This document shows, in pieces, positions 24,901-34,978 of a DNA stretch of 64,000 nt. Position numbers and translations under genes: made by a program. Numbering within the stretch: the stretch's first letter is position 1; each line of letters begins with the position of its first letter. This stretch comes from Phoronis australis (lineage: Eukaryota > Animalia > Phoronida): the NCBI GenBank assembly GCA_002633005.1, contig NMRA01000696.1, positions 136,006 through 200,005 of the forward strand, written 5' to 3'. The notes beneath the pieces were generated by a model. That model worked only from the letters and a program-made list of their open reading frames with translations, was not told the DNA's origin and ran no database searches.

Positions 24901-27900
24901 TAAATCACACTCAACACTAGTTTTACATATGTGGCAAAATACTGCCTCACTACTAGAAATTTCTAGAATTCCAATTTTTTAACTATGGTGTAAACAAGTA
25001 ACACTCGTGTCTTTGGTCAATTAAGCAATAAAATGATAATTAATATTTCGTCAATCTCCAGACAAGTGATACTAGTGTCAACAGCAAGTGCTTTAAACAG
25101 AGCGTTCGTTTGACACAATCTCACCTGTCCACTAAAACAAACCATGAATCAAGAGTCTAGTTCATTAACAACATTTTAATTTGTATTGTCGAGAATGCAA
25201 GTTAACAAATTTTGTTTTAATTCCTACACAAGTTCACTGACTACAACTTAAATTAACACTGAGTTTGCATATAAATCTAGTTTATCCCTATAAACCTACC
25301 CTTGTGTAGTGGAGGCAGTAACACTAACCACCATAATGGTGGCCGGGGTGAGGATTTCCTGAAGAACTTCATTGTTCTTGGAATTTTCCATAATATTGTT
25401 GCCCAGTTCCTGTTACAGAGAGATTCACGAGTCAAAGAAATAAATTGTAAAAATTGTTGCAACAATGGTAAGTATTAATGAGAAAAGAGAAAATCAATCT
25501 AAGCAAATCTGCATCTTTTAGCAAAATAAAACTGCACAACTTGTGAAATCATTTCCATTAATAAAATCAAAATTTACTTCACAGTGCTGAAGAGAAAACA
25601 CTGGTCAATATAATGTTTATTAAATAAAATGCAATGGAAAAAAACAGTCAATTTCCCAGCAAAAAATGCGCCACAAATACAAAGCAGGCCTTCATGCAGC
25701 GCACGTCCTAGCACTAATCTGGATGCCCTGGCAAGGATGCCCAATGTATCATTTGGACGCCCAATGTCAATAAGAACCTTTCAAGTTTGAACTCACACAT
25801 TGTACTGAATACTAGGAAGCCCCTGAAGGCTCACAGTGGGGGCTGTTTTTCAAAGCAGAAAGAAATATACAATGTATATACTTTGTTGCTATGCTTACAT
25901 TTGGTTGATAGCATTGTAAAGTCTTGGTTTACAGTTTTTTTTTAGTAAAAATGCTCACTACAGAAGGCTGTTTTTTAAACTTAAATGTAAAAACCTTGGT
26001 CTATGCATTTTTTGTAAAAAAATGTGTGTGTCTGGGAGGATTGCTGGTGGTGGGGGCGTTACGCGTCAGAATCATGGACGCCCTAGAATATTGGGAACCC
26101 CATTTTGGACACCTTATTTTCGAAATCCTCGATAAAGGCTTGATACAATGTGGGAATTTTTTCATCAATTCACTAATGGATTGGCTCACTACAATACAAT
26201 AACAGATTACCTTTAATATATACGTAAATAATTACTGATAATGCTTCATGAATGGCATCAAAAAATTATTAAACAGATGGTTTAACAAGAGCAACTTTTA
26301 TACTCATATTGATAATGTAAACAGACCAACTAGGTAGTAATGTTGATTCAAATATTAACGATCTAGATACTGTAGAAATGAGCACAGTCTTGTACACTGA
26401 CGATCTAGATATTGTAGGAGTGAGCAGTTGTACACTGACAATCAAGATATTTTAGAAGTGAGCACTTGTACACTGATGGTGTAGATATTGTAGGAGTGAG
26501 CACTTGTACACTGATGATTTAGATATTGTAGGAGTGTGCACTTGTACACTGATGATTTAGATATTGTAGGTTGCACTTGTACACTGACACTCTACCTTAA
26601 CTGTCCTCATATATTCCAGAGGTGTTGAAACCAAGGACTCCAACTCTGGGAACCTGGGAGAGTAGTGGTCTCGAGTGTATTTATGGATTACGTCTGTAAC
26701 AATTATGACTGTTTACACAAGAGCAACAACAAGGAAATGTGTGACGTGCAAATGGGGAACATTGATGGGCAAGACATACTAAACATACATAAACTTGGCA
26801 ACAGTGATCAAAAAGCTTCAGGAAATACATCAAAACATGGTGCTTAAAGAGAACAAGTCTAGCAATCTTAAATTCTTCAGACTTTCTGCTTTCAGAGAAT
26901 GCATACTTTTACTGACTTAAAGTCTATACTTTGGTAGATATTTGGCTGAATGTTCAGGCTAGTCAATAAGGTCCTACATAACCTTAAATGTTTGTTGTTG
27001 TTAATAAGTAACAATAACATGAAACAAACAAGGGGAATCACTTGTATTGACCAGAGGGTATTGAACTCCTTCATTACAAAACAGCCCCAGACAGATGATA
27101 TGCTTCTTCACATACTCCATTTTACTGGTGTAAGTCAAGCACAACTCAAGGGCAATCAAATTAATAACTCAGTTAAGCTCACGGGCCACTGAGATTATAA
27201 ACTGGTGAAGTTTAATTTTATTACAATTTGTACACATACTTATTTCATTGTCGATTTCCACAGTGATGTTGTTGGCACTAACAATCAGTTGATACTCTGG
27301 GTCGGCCTCAACAGGTCCGCTTACAGTGTCACGCCTCTCCTTGGCCGAGTATTGCTCTATCTTGGCCATTATCTCTGACAACTGACCACTGTCCTGTAAG
27401 TGAAATAAAAATGGATTGCATAAGATCCCAATTTTCTATTGACCAGCAAACAAGACTAGTCTGAACATGACAACAATACATTTCACTTCAGTCTAAGTAC
27501 AAATATAGAAGACTAAATACAAACATTCAAGATAGCCCTAAAAAACAGTAATTTCACCATCACATATGCACATATGCACACATTTAGGCCTATACCACAC
27601 AATGTGAAACAATAAGGCTTTTTCAAGAATTTTTTTTCTCAAGTATTTCATTCATAGACATATGCACCTGTGGTTCGAGTAAGGGCTCCATGTCTTAAAG
27701 TAGCTTTTTGTGGGTCTTTCGTCCCACTGCACTTTTCGTATTAACAATTAATGGACACGTTAACCTCAACCATTTTGTAATGAATACATAATGTTGCACT
27801 CACACGCTATTTAAAATATTTCTCCTTGGTTTTTGTTAATTTTTTGCATACTAGTACTAGCATGAATCCCAATTCTGAATATAGGCATAGGTTAATGGGC

Positions 27901-28153
27901 TTATGCAAGAGTGTACTGTTATGCTGGCTTATTACTCACCAAACAGAGGTGAGCAAAATAAAAAACAATGTGGGGACTAGGACAGTACCTTTAACTTTGC
28001 TATATGTCTAACAGACTCTTTGCTGGTGTCTACTTCCATCTGGACATCATCAATATCTTCGATGTCACCAACATTCCCAAGGTCATCTTGATCATCAAGG
28101 TCACCATCACCAGCATCTTCAAGGTCAGCAAGAAGTTCGTCAGCCAAAGACAT
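18842..28153 (-). CDS. PRPF31: U4/U6.U5 tri-snRNP protein Prp31, complete CDS, 11 coding exons, 489 aa
   Basis: Exons 28153-27989, 27393-27240, 26693-26596, 25409-25300, 24877-24708, 24082-23925, 22895-22678, 21339-21267, 20761-20636, 19945-19850, 18943-18842; all GT-AG, phases consistent, total 1470 nt. Hallmarks: MSLADELLADLE, RFPELESLV, YVESRMSFIAPNLS, GGLTNLSKMPACN, DLRRKAARLVAAK, RKKRGGRR, SGTASSVAFTPLQGLEIVNP. Confidence 0.98.
19850..19945 (-). CDS. PRPF31: PRPF31 coding exon 10 (QKIQKQNVWGG...SSVAFTPLQ)
   Basis: Acceptor ttccag|CAA; donor CAG|gtaact. Confidence 0.95.
20390..20550 (-). mobile_element. tRNA-derived SINE fragment
   Basis: B-box GTTCGAGTCCC followed by CCCTTGAGCCAGG core-like motif on the minus strand; a tail similar to 18548-18575. 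Confidence 0.5.
20636..20761 (-). CDS. PRPF31: PRPF31 coding exon 9 (IEMDAYQEDLGFSLG...ARISKTLQ)
   Basis: Acceptor tttcag|ATT; donor CAA|gtacta. Confidence 0.95.
21267..21339 (-). CDS. PRPF31: PRPF31 coding exon 8 (ARKMKERLGMTEMRKQANRMTFGE)
   Basis: Acceptor ttgtag|A; donor GAG|gtgatg. Confidence 0.95.
21341..21513. repeat. ~59-bp minisatellite, ~3 copies, abutting the PRPF31 exon 8 acceptor
   Basis: Unit tacaatataatgactgacaatggttt...aaataacaacccacaata. Confidence 0.9.
22070..22219. mobile_element. hAT5-like MITE, 5-bp TSD
   Basis: CAGTGGCAGATTTAG ... CTGGATCCGCCCATG; TSD AATAC. Confidence 0.75.
22425..22510. repeat. 30-bp tandem repeat, ~3 copies
   Basis: Unit gtttcccatatgacacaatcctgcccaact. 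Confidence 0.85.
22678..22895 (-). CDS. PRPF31: PRPF31 coding exon 7 (DLRRKAARLVAAK...RKKRGGR)
   Basis: Acceptor ctacag|GAT; donor AG|gtcagt. Confidence 0.96.
23119..23294. repeat. ~34-bp minisatellite, 5 copies
   Basis: Unit actgaatatcagggcagcagcaccaacacaatac. Confidence 0.95.
23599..23924. repeat. 27-bp minisatellite, ~11 copies, abutting the PRPF31 exon 6 donor
   Basis: Unit ggctattagcccgctccagccacacac. Confidence 0.95.
23925..24082 (-). CDS. PRPF31: PRPF31 coding exon 6 (AAGGLTNLSKMPACN...VQGTPP)
   Basis: Acceptor tttcag|GT; donor CCA|gtaagt; Nop domain. Confidence 0.96.
24098..24205. repeat. 37-bp tandem repeat, ~3 copies, near the exon 6 acceptor
   Basis: Unit atagcactatgaccagagcctctggtaatgggcagat. 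Confidence 0.85.
24708..24877 (-). CDS. PRPF31: PRPF31 coding exon 5 (DELASEELD...GASTAAKIMG)
   Basis: Acceptor attcag|T; donor G|gtgagt; ORF 24664..24888. Confidence 0.96.
25300..25409 (-). CDS. PRPF31: PRPF31 coding exon 4 (ELGNNIME...ATIMVVSVTASTTQG)
   Basis: Acceptor taacag|GAA; donor GG|gtaggt. Confidence 0.95.
25685..26142. mobile_element. hAT MITE, second copy (PRPF31 intron)
   Basis: Colinear with 10482-10967; TSD atacaaag/atacaatg. Confidence 0.88.
26359..26589. repeat. ~38-bp minisatellite, ~6 copies, abutting the exon 3 donor
   Basis: Unit gatctagatattgtaggagtgagcacttgtacactgat. Confidence 0.9.
26596..26693 (-). CDS. PRPF31: PRPF31 coding exon 3 (VIHKYTRDHYSPRFPELESLV...RTVK)
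   Basis: Acceptor ttacag|AC; donor AAG|gtagag; NOSIC motif. Confidence 0.95.
27240..27393 (-). CDS. PRPF31: PRPF31 coding exon 2 (DSGQLSEIMAKIEQY...VEIDNEI)
   Basis: Acceptor ttacag|GAC; donor A|gtatgt; overlaps ORF 27169..27381. Confidence 0.93.
27989..28153 (-). CDS. PRPF31: PRPF31 coding exon 1 (MSLADELLADLEDAG...IAKLK)
   Basis: ATG at 28153-28151; donor AAG|gtactg; phase 0. Confidence 0.95.
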
Positions 28154-28674
28154 GGTAGCAAGTGTCTGTTATATCTGCAGACGAGAGAATGTTGACAAGG
28201 TCTGTTTTTTTTAAGACAGTAACGCGTTATCTGCTTAAGTGTTGGAAACCAAAGTGTCAGATGACCGACAGGCACACATCAACTGGTTGACACCAAACAA
28301 ATTGTACGAAATGGTCAATTTGAACAGCAAACGTGATAGAGATTTCATGAAACTCTGAGTTAACTTGAAGGAGTTAGGCAATGTACTCATGATATCTTGT
28401 GGAGATTAACATGGTTAGGAAGCTCAAGTGAACTAAACATAACTTTTGTGGCACAGAGAATCTGAAAGAATAAAAATGTGGTTTGTAAGGAGCAACCTGG
28501 TTGATGGTTATTGGTATAAATGTAGATTTGTCGTTACTGAGAAGATTCGCATGCGAATTGGGAAAATCTTGAGGAACTGATGTTTATTAGTGCCATTTTC
28601 AACAAACGTAATTAGTAAACGTGTCAAAAGAGCTTGATTTTCAGCTGTGATTTTTGTTGTTTTAGATGTGTCTG

Positions 28675-28813
28675 CTGTGTGGTTGTATGTGCCTACTGTG
28701 GGGTTGTATGTGCCTACTGTGTGGTTGTATGTGCCTACTGTGGGGTTGTATGTGCCTACTGTGTGGTTGTATGTGCCTACTGTGTGGTTGTATGTGCCTA
28801 CTGTGTGGTTGTA
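28675..28813. repeat. 21-bp minisatellite, ~6.5 copies
   Basis: Unit ctgtgtggttgtatgtgccta. Confidence 0.95.
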
Positions 28814-30387
28814 TAGAATCATTGGTGTATATCTTCCACTATATCATAGTATCACGTCAAGCAGCTATTAAGATAGTCAGTAACCAACCAAGACAATATT
28901 ACTGTCTCTGAAGTGGGCCCGGAGATGGTGGACATGCCATAGGCCTTAAATATGCCAGAATGCCCTTTGTACGCCTCACACTGGCTATACCTACATATAG
29001 AGCATACCAAGGTACAGGCTGTCTATGTCCATAAACCCTACTAACTTAAACAAATACTCCAGTAATTAAGATTTTTCTAATAAATCTGTTCATTCGTCAA
29101 TGAAATTTTTGACATTGCCATTTTGCTGTACTCAGATGCACTGGGTGCGAGAGTAGCGATGCTGGCAACCATGTTTTGAGCATTATCTATCCTTGTGGAT
29201 GGTAACACCAATGTAGAGCGTTACGGATTATCACAACTGCGGCACGGAGGTCAACCTTGATTTAATTAAAATTTGCATGCGATACTAGTAGTCGGTAGCA
29301 GAACTGCGTAGTGATCCAATCACAACTAAAATGGTTTGTTCACGAATTTTGAGACAAATGGGTGACGTGATATAAAGAAGCATTGATTCCTGAAATACAG
29401 AACTTGTTTCAGCTAGAAGGACCAACATGATTAAAGACATTGACGGCCGTCGTACATGGCATGTTTGAATGTGCCATGACTTAAAACCAACCCTGAATCA
29501 TAACCAGAGTGCCTGGCTGTGCTTCGTCTTGGCACAAAGCTGTATATATATACTAAACATACAGCTTTGTGCCGATGTGGGTAAAAAAATGACCAGATAA
29601 AATTTGACAAAAAATAAGTGTCACTAAAAACTACAGTCTTCCTTGAGTAAACTAAATTATTTACCAGTGTTGGAAAAATTGGCTTTCTTTCGTTATTCTG
29701 CTGCTAAAATTGTGGTGTGATCTTTTGCGTCAGCTTTCGGCGCCACGAAATATTGCGTCACCTATTGGCCAGTTTCTTTTTTCACCAATTCTTCAATCAA
29801 CTGTTCTTTCATAAGGTTGCGTACACGTCATAACAAATTATTGGAACTAGTTTCGCTTCGTTATAAGTTTTCAGAATTTTGATACCACCAATTTCAGAAC
29901 AAGTTTTGCTGCTGCGGAGCTGCCATCATCTCCAGAGAGATGTTACAAAAATTTAAGAATGGCGCATGCGCGTGTCACGAGCGTACAGTTATCAAAAGGA
30001 TGACATATTTGTACAAGAAAATGATGTTTATTAGATTGTTTTTCACTTTAAACGGCTGTAACAGGCAAGGTGTACTCCCAGATTTTGCATGCACCCCCGC
30101 CATTTTTAACACTGCACCCAGCAGGTGGCATGACATATGTATCCCCCAGCATGCGCAGTGTGAAAATGGCCAGCCACAGAGATGGTCATTGTCTAGCTCC
30201 AATACTGCCATCCATACTATACTGCCATCAATAGGAGACGCTCGTCAATGTCTAACAGCTAGCTGGCTGGCTGGCTGGCTAGACTGGGCTCAGAAGTCGG
30301 ACATAATGCATTTAATGGACCCTGCTTTAGAGATCCAGTCCACTAAATAACAGGGTCATTATTCAGTGATCGCCTGGTTCTCTAAAT

Positions 30388-31040
30388 CACAGGCGTCCTC
30401 AGCTTCTGATCGTCCCCAATACACTACATATAATACTACAAGGTATGACACTCCCGACTAGAAATTCCACGGGTGCTTCACTTCAGCCGTCCATAGCAAA
30501 CATAAAACTCAATAAATTTACACAAAACAGGGGTTCAACAAACCATGAAGAATTGTTCTTTCTCCTAATACCATTCACGGTGTCCTGTTACAGCGACTTC
30601 GTAAGAAATTCGCAGTCAAAGAACAAAAATCTTCACAAAAAGCCCCCAGACACGTTCTCCCTGGGCCCGTCGAGGTCAAGGACGGTACGGAAATTGCCGG
30701 TGAGTTACGGAAGTAGCGACATCATGACTTTACGCGACAATTTCCGTACCGTCCTTGACCTCGACGGGCCCAGGAGGACGTGTGTGGGGGCTTTTTGTGA
30801 ACATTTTTGTTCTTTGACTGCGAATTTCTTACGAAGTCGCCGTAACAGGACACCGTGAATGGTATTGAGAGAAAGAACAATTCTTCATGGTTTGTTGAAC
30901 CCGTTTTGTGTAAATTTATTGAGTTTTATGTTCGCTATGGACGGTTGAAGTGAAGCACCCGTGGAATTTCTAGTCGGGAGTGTCATACCTTGTAGTATTA
31001 TATGTAGTGTATTGGGGACGATCAGAAGCTGAGGACGCCT
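30388..31040. mobile_element. Long foldback (palindromic) element, ~305-bp arms
   Basis: Arms 30391-30696 and 30738-31040 are reverse complements with about 11 differences counted by eye; 41-nt loop; the same terminus occurs alone at 14547-14607. Confidence 0.85.
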
Positions 31041-31158
31041 TAGGCAATGACCATCGCCTCTGTTGGCCCGAAGCAGAGGCGATGTAGAGGCTATAGGCGC
31101 TCTGTACGCCGGAAGCTTTTCGGCGAATTATGCCTCGCACCGACTAAACCATCAAAGN

Positions 31159-31346
31159 CGAAGGCAGTGCACATTTGAAATAACTCGGCACAAATTAAAG
31201 AAAACTTCCGAATCGATGAATGCGGTATATCTGTGAGAGTTAAATCGAATCCTATTCAGATCATAACTTTGAAGTGGAATAATTCGGTGAGTACAACAGC
31301 AAGTCGGTTTTATGCTTAGGCGGACGACCATTGGGTTCCCGAGTAT
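31159..31346 (+). repeat. Near-identical dispersed repeat of 44442-44630
   Basis: About 188 bp with only a few mismatches; begins right after the N at 31158. Confidence 0.9.
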
Positions 31347-31638
31347 ACTGCCATCCATACTATACTGCCATCCATAGGAGACGCTCGTCAATGTCAAACA
31401 GCTAGCTGGCTGGGTAGACTGGGCTCAGAAGTCGGACATAATGCATTTAATGGACCCTGCTTTAGAGAACCAGTCCACTAAATAACAGGGTCATTATCCA
31501 GTGATTGCCTGGTTCTCTAAATCAGGTTCCATTTGATATCCGACTAGTCACTAATGCCGTAGTGTAAGTGCCTCTTCTCGAAGTTCATTAACCGGGTTTT
31601 TACATTATTTAACAAACAAACAAAATTCCAGTCTTTAC

Positions 31639-31790
31639 CTGAATAGTTTAAGAACAATAGAAAATCTTTACAATGAAACGCGACACTAAATTGACACCGC
31701 CACCAGACCCCTTGACAAGAAATTTAAAAAACTAAACCAACATTGACGAACTTCACGAGTTTCCAAACGTTGACACTGCGCTTCCGGTGA
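31639..31790 (-). promoter_or_regulatory. Candidate PRPF31 promoter and non-coding first exon
   Basis: ETS-type CCGGAAG at 31781-31787 (minus) and donor CAG|gtaaag at 31639/31638; coding exon 1 has an upstream acceptor (ctgcag| at 28175/28174). Inference only. Confidence 0.3.
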
Positions 31791-33054
31791 AAACCATGAA
31801 GACGCTACCTACTGTGAAAAGAGCAAACTACAGTATCAATTCAGGAACTCGGCATTTACCGTATTACCCGAAATCTAATACATAAGGTCATGTCCTATTT
31901 ATATGTCAAATAACGCGTTATCTGGAAAATGTATAAAGCTGGTTTCAGTTTTTCAGTGGAATGGGCCCACCTGAGCGGCCTGCACACCGTCTCAGGCACA
32001 ACGTACTAGACCCCCTGAACGTTCGATATTATTATAGAATTCGGATCTTCTGATTTTTTCAGTATTAAGCAAATCTGAGTTACGCTAACAGGATTTGTAC
32101 GCAAGTGGACGAGATAGCGTGCACTGTTTACCCCCAGAGTATCCAGCGTATTCCTCGGCACGTCAAAGGCTAAGGGATTGAAATGTAGTACATATCGTGC
32201 CACTGTTGTGTACTACACGCTATTCATGGGCTTGGATGAACGTGTTGGATGAGATAATTGTCGCGGTCGTAAACCCAACGCGCCTATTTAGCTGGCGTAC
32301 GAACGTTCACTAGAAAACATCAAGTAAGGCAAACGACCAGTATGACTATTTTTTAAATTGAAAAATAAGAAATGATAGTAGCTGTCTGTGAGTTTTAAAA
32401 TCGATGCATTATCAGAGAAATTAGTGAATAGACTTTCTTCAGCGTCGTCGCTCAAGTTAATTTGAGTGAATTGATTAGGACTGGTTAATCACAGTCTACC
32501 TTAGGCTCGCTTAGGGTGACAAAACCGCAAATGTTAACGTAGATGTTGTCTCATGTGCCAATCAGTCGCGACAACACTGTAATGTATAAGTTTATGAACT
32601 ATTAATTGAAAAAAAAAGTTCTATAAATGCGGTATTCTCATATGAATTTGTCTGGCCAACTGAATATCGGGGATCAAAAGCAACGTCAATCCGTCATTTC
32701 TGCTTTTCATAACTGTTATAAATATGCCTTACCTATCTCAAAAAATGACCATTTACCAAACTATGTTTGAGCGAACCCACACGATGTCGTCACCTGTTTC
32801 CACGACTATAATTGTAGGGGTGCAATGGTTTCGAATTTTTAGGTTTGCGAACCTTTGACTAAAAAAAAAAACGGTGAACGGGGTTTGTTCAGGGCCTATG
32901 CATTATTTATTCAGCTCCCGAGCCACTCTGGTTGCGCTTGTGCTATTCAACAATTTGCACCCGAACTGCCAAATGGTATATGGGGCACAATTTTAGGGCC
33001 AATTTTAGGCCAAGGGGGCCATGCCCCCCTCATTCCGCCACAGGAAAGAAAACA

Positions 33055-33470
33055 TATATGCCAATTTTCACAATCATCCTTAGAGTGGTTTGGTTGACGC
33101 CAAAAAGCAGACTCGAAAACAGTAAAAATGGCCATTAGAAGGAGCAAAATACTGCGAATCCATCTAAAGACGGAAGGATAGTGTCATCTCGCTATAGATG
33201 CCTATCTGCCAAATTTTATGAAAATCGGATGGGCCCTCCGAAAATACTGAGGTTAACGTCAAAAACTAAAATTTCCACTAAGGGGCACTCTGGTAGTAGG
33301 ATAGGACCGAAATTCGTCGTCATCCGTCATAACCACACACACACATCTGCCAATCTCATCAAGATCCAGTGAGAGGTTTAGCTAGTATGAGATACAGGTG
33401 TGGACGCTGGACGCCCAGACAGAGATGACGGCAATATGCACCCACATATAAATATGTGAGCGCATAATAA
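33055..33470 (+). mobile_element. Second, 5'-truncated HINE-like copy
   Basis: Colinear with about 6757-7183, including the terminal hairpin atatgcacccacat...atgtgagcgcata. Confidence 0.65.
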
Positions 33471-34246
33471 GGGATATAAGCTACGTCTTACCGTACCGAA
33501 AAAGGAGGCTTTGAGGCTTTGAGGGAGAAAATCGACGAAGTGGAGGGAAGTTGACAACCGAGGTCGTTCTTTTTGAAATTTGAAACTAAAAAAATGCTTT
33601 GACATTAACAGAAATTCAAAATCTTTGCGAACAAACCCTAAAAATACATGTCGAACAGGTTGAATTCTTTTTGAAGGTGGCAGAGAACCACTTTGAATGG
33701 TGCAATTTTGTCTGTTTTTTTGCGTTCCAGGTTTCTTTTACGTAAGCTAAACACGGCTAGAAATGGAAGTTTTGACGAAGTAAATGGATTTGTCTTTTAA
33801 AAGCGGTTATGACTTGAAACCCGCGTTCCGTCCATGCAAGAAGCGAACATTTCATTCTGTTCACTTGTTACCATGAAATTTGTTTAAACTTGTAGTTCCT
33901 TGCTCAAATGATAGTGAGTTCACAAAAAGATGACAGGTCGTTATTCCTTGAGACTCGGCGCTTATAATGACACGCCGTGATAAGCTAAATTGTCACAGCC
34001 TGGGGCCGGAGTCTACTCTTTGTCAGTACTCGAAATTATGTTTTACATTTTCCGTATCACGTTAACACGAACTCAACACAATTGTTTTTTATTCAGTGTT
34101 CTCAGTACACTCCTAAATACTGGTTTAAATGGATGACTGTCTTATCCCGACTCGCACTTAATCATCCCAATATTAACGCTATGAGTTTGAGTCTGAAATC
34201 GAAGTTTGGAGTTTTTCCGTAGTCGAGGTTGTAGTGCGAACCCATA

Positions 34247-34452
34247 CATGCGCGCACCCAGCCTCTGGAGGGGGCTCGAAGTCCTGTGGACCTTTTGGTA
34301 ACAAAAATGCGGGCGGACTAAGACTAAAAAAAAAAAAAAACGGGAGCACCACTGTGAATTGCACGTTTGCGCTTGTTTAGTGAACTTTTTGTCTCTCAGA
34401 GGCGAACCTTTTTGCCCACTTCGCCAAATGAGCACCCCTGGGTGCGTGCATG
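34247..34452. mobile_element. hAT5-like MITE (CATGCGCGCACCC family)
   Basis: TIR CATGCGCGCACCC / GGGTGCGTGCATG; near-TSD ccata/ctata. Confidence 0.72.
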
Positions 34453-34978
34453 CTATATAGGGGTCATCAAGTGCAAACGTCAACTAGACAGTCGTCAGCA
34501 CAAACCATAACGTATAACTCGAACAACGAAAAACAGACACTTGTCTTGAGTGCGCATTAAAGTAAAATGGAAAATGTCACACATATTTCTGAGTTCCATT
34601 TCGAGTATAAAGATGAAACCCCGGGCCCAGGTGTCAATCACACAACGATCAGTTCTTTCCAAGCCTAGAAATCACCTCAGGAACAAACTGTGAGCCAGTC
34701 ATAACGGCGAATAGTCTAAATGGATTTTTTTGCTGTGGAAAGCGGGTACGACAAGGTATAGTAGCCGCTTAGTGCAAGCCTAAAGGACCATAGAAAAATG
34801 GACAGATAAATCAGAATTTTTAGTATTCAAAAGCTATCGCCATCTCGATCCCTACAATATCTCATCAGTTGGCATGTTATCCGGAATCAGTTATAACCAC
34901 CAACCTTGATACATATAGCTCTAATCATGCTTTTTTTCAGCTAATTACTATAACGAGTCATGAGCTACGCAGCACTAA

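Larger units (their letters stand above)
30203..31523 (+). repeat. Direct duplication 30203-30389 / 31346-31523 spanning the N at 31158
   Basis: Near-identical ~180-bp blocks; probably two haplotypes joined. Confidence 0.75.

Noticed and set aside
30445-30858. 137-aa ORF
   Set aside because: It crosses the axis of the palindrome and has no recognisable domain.
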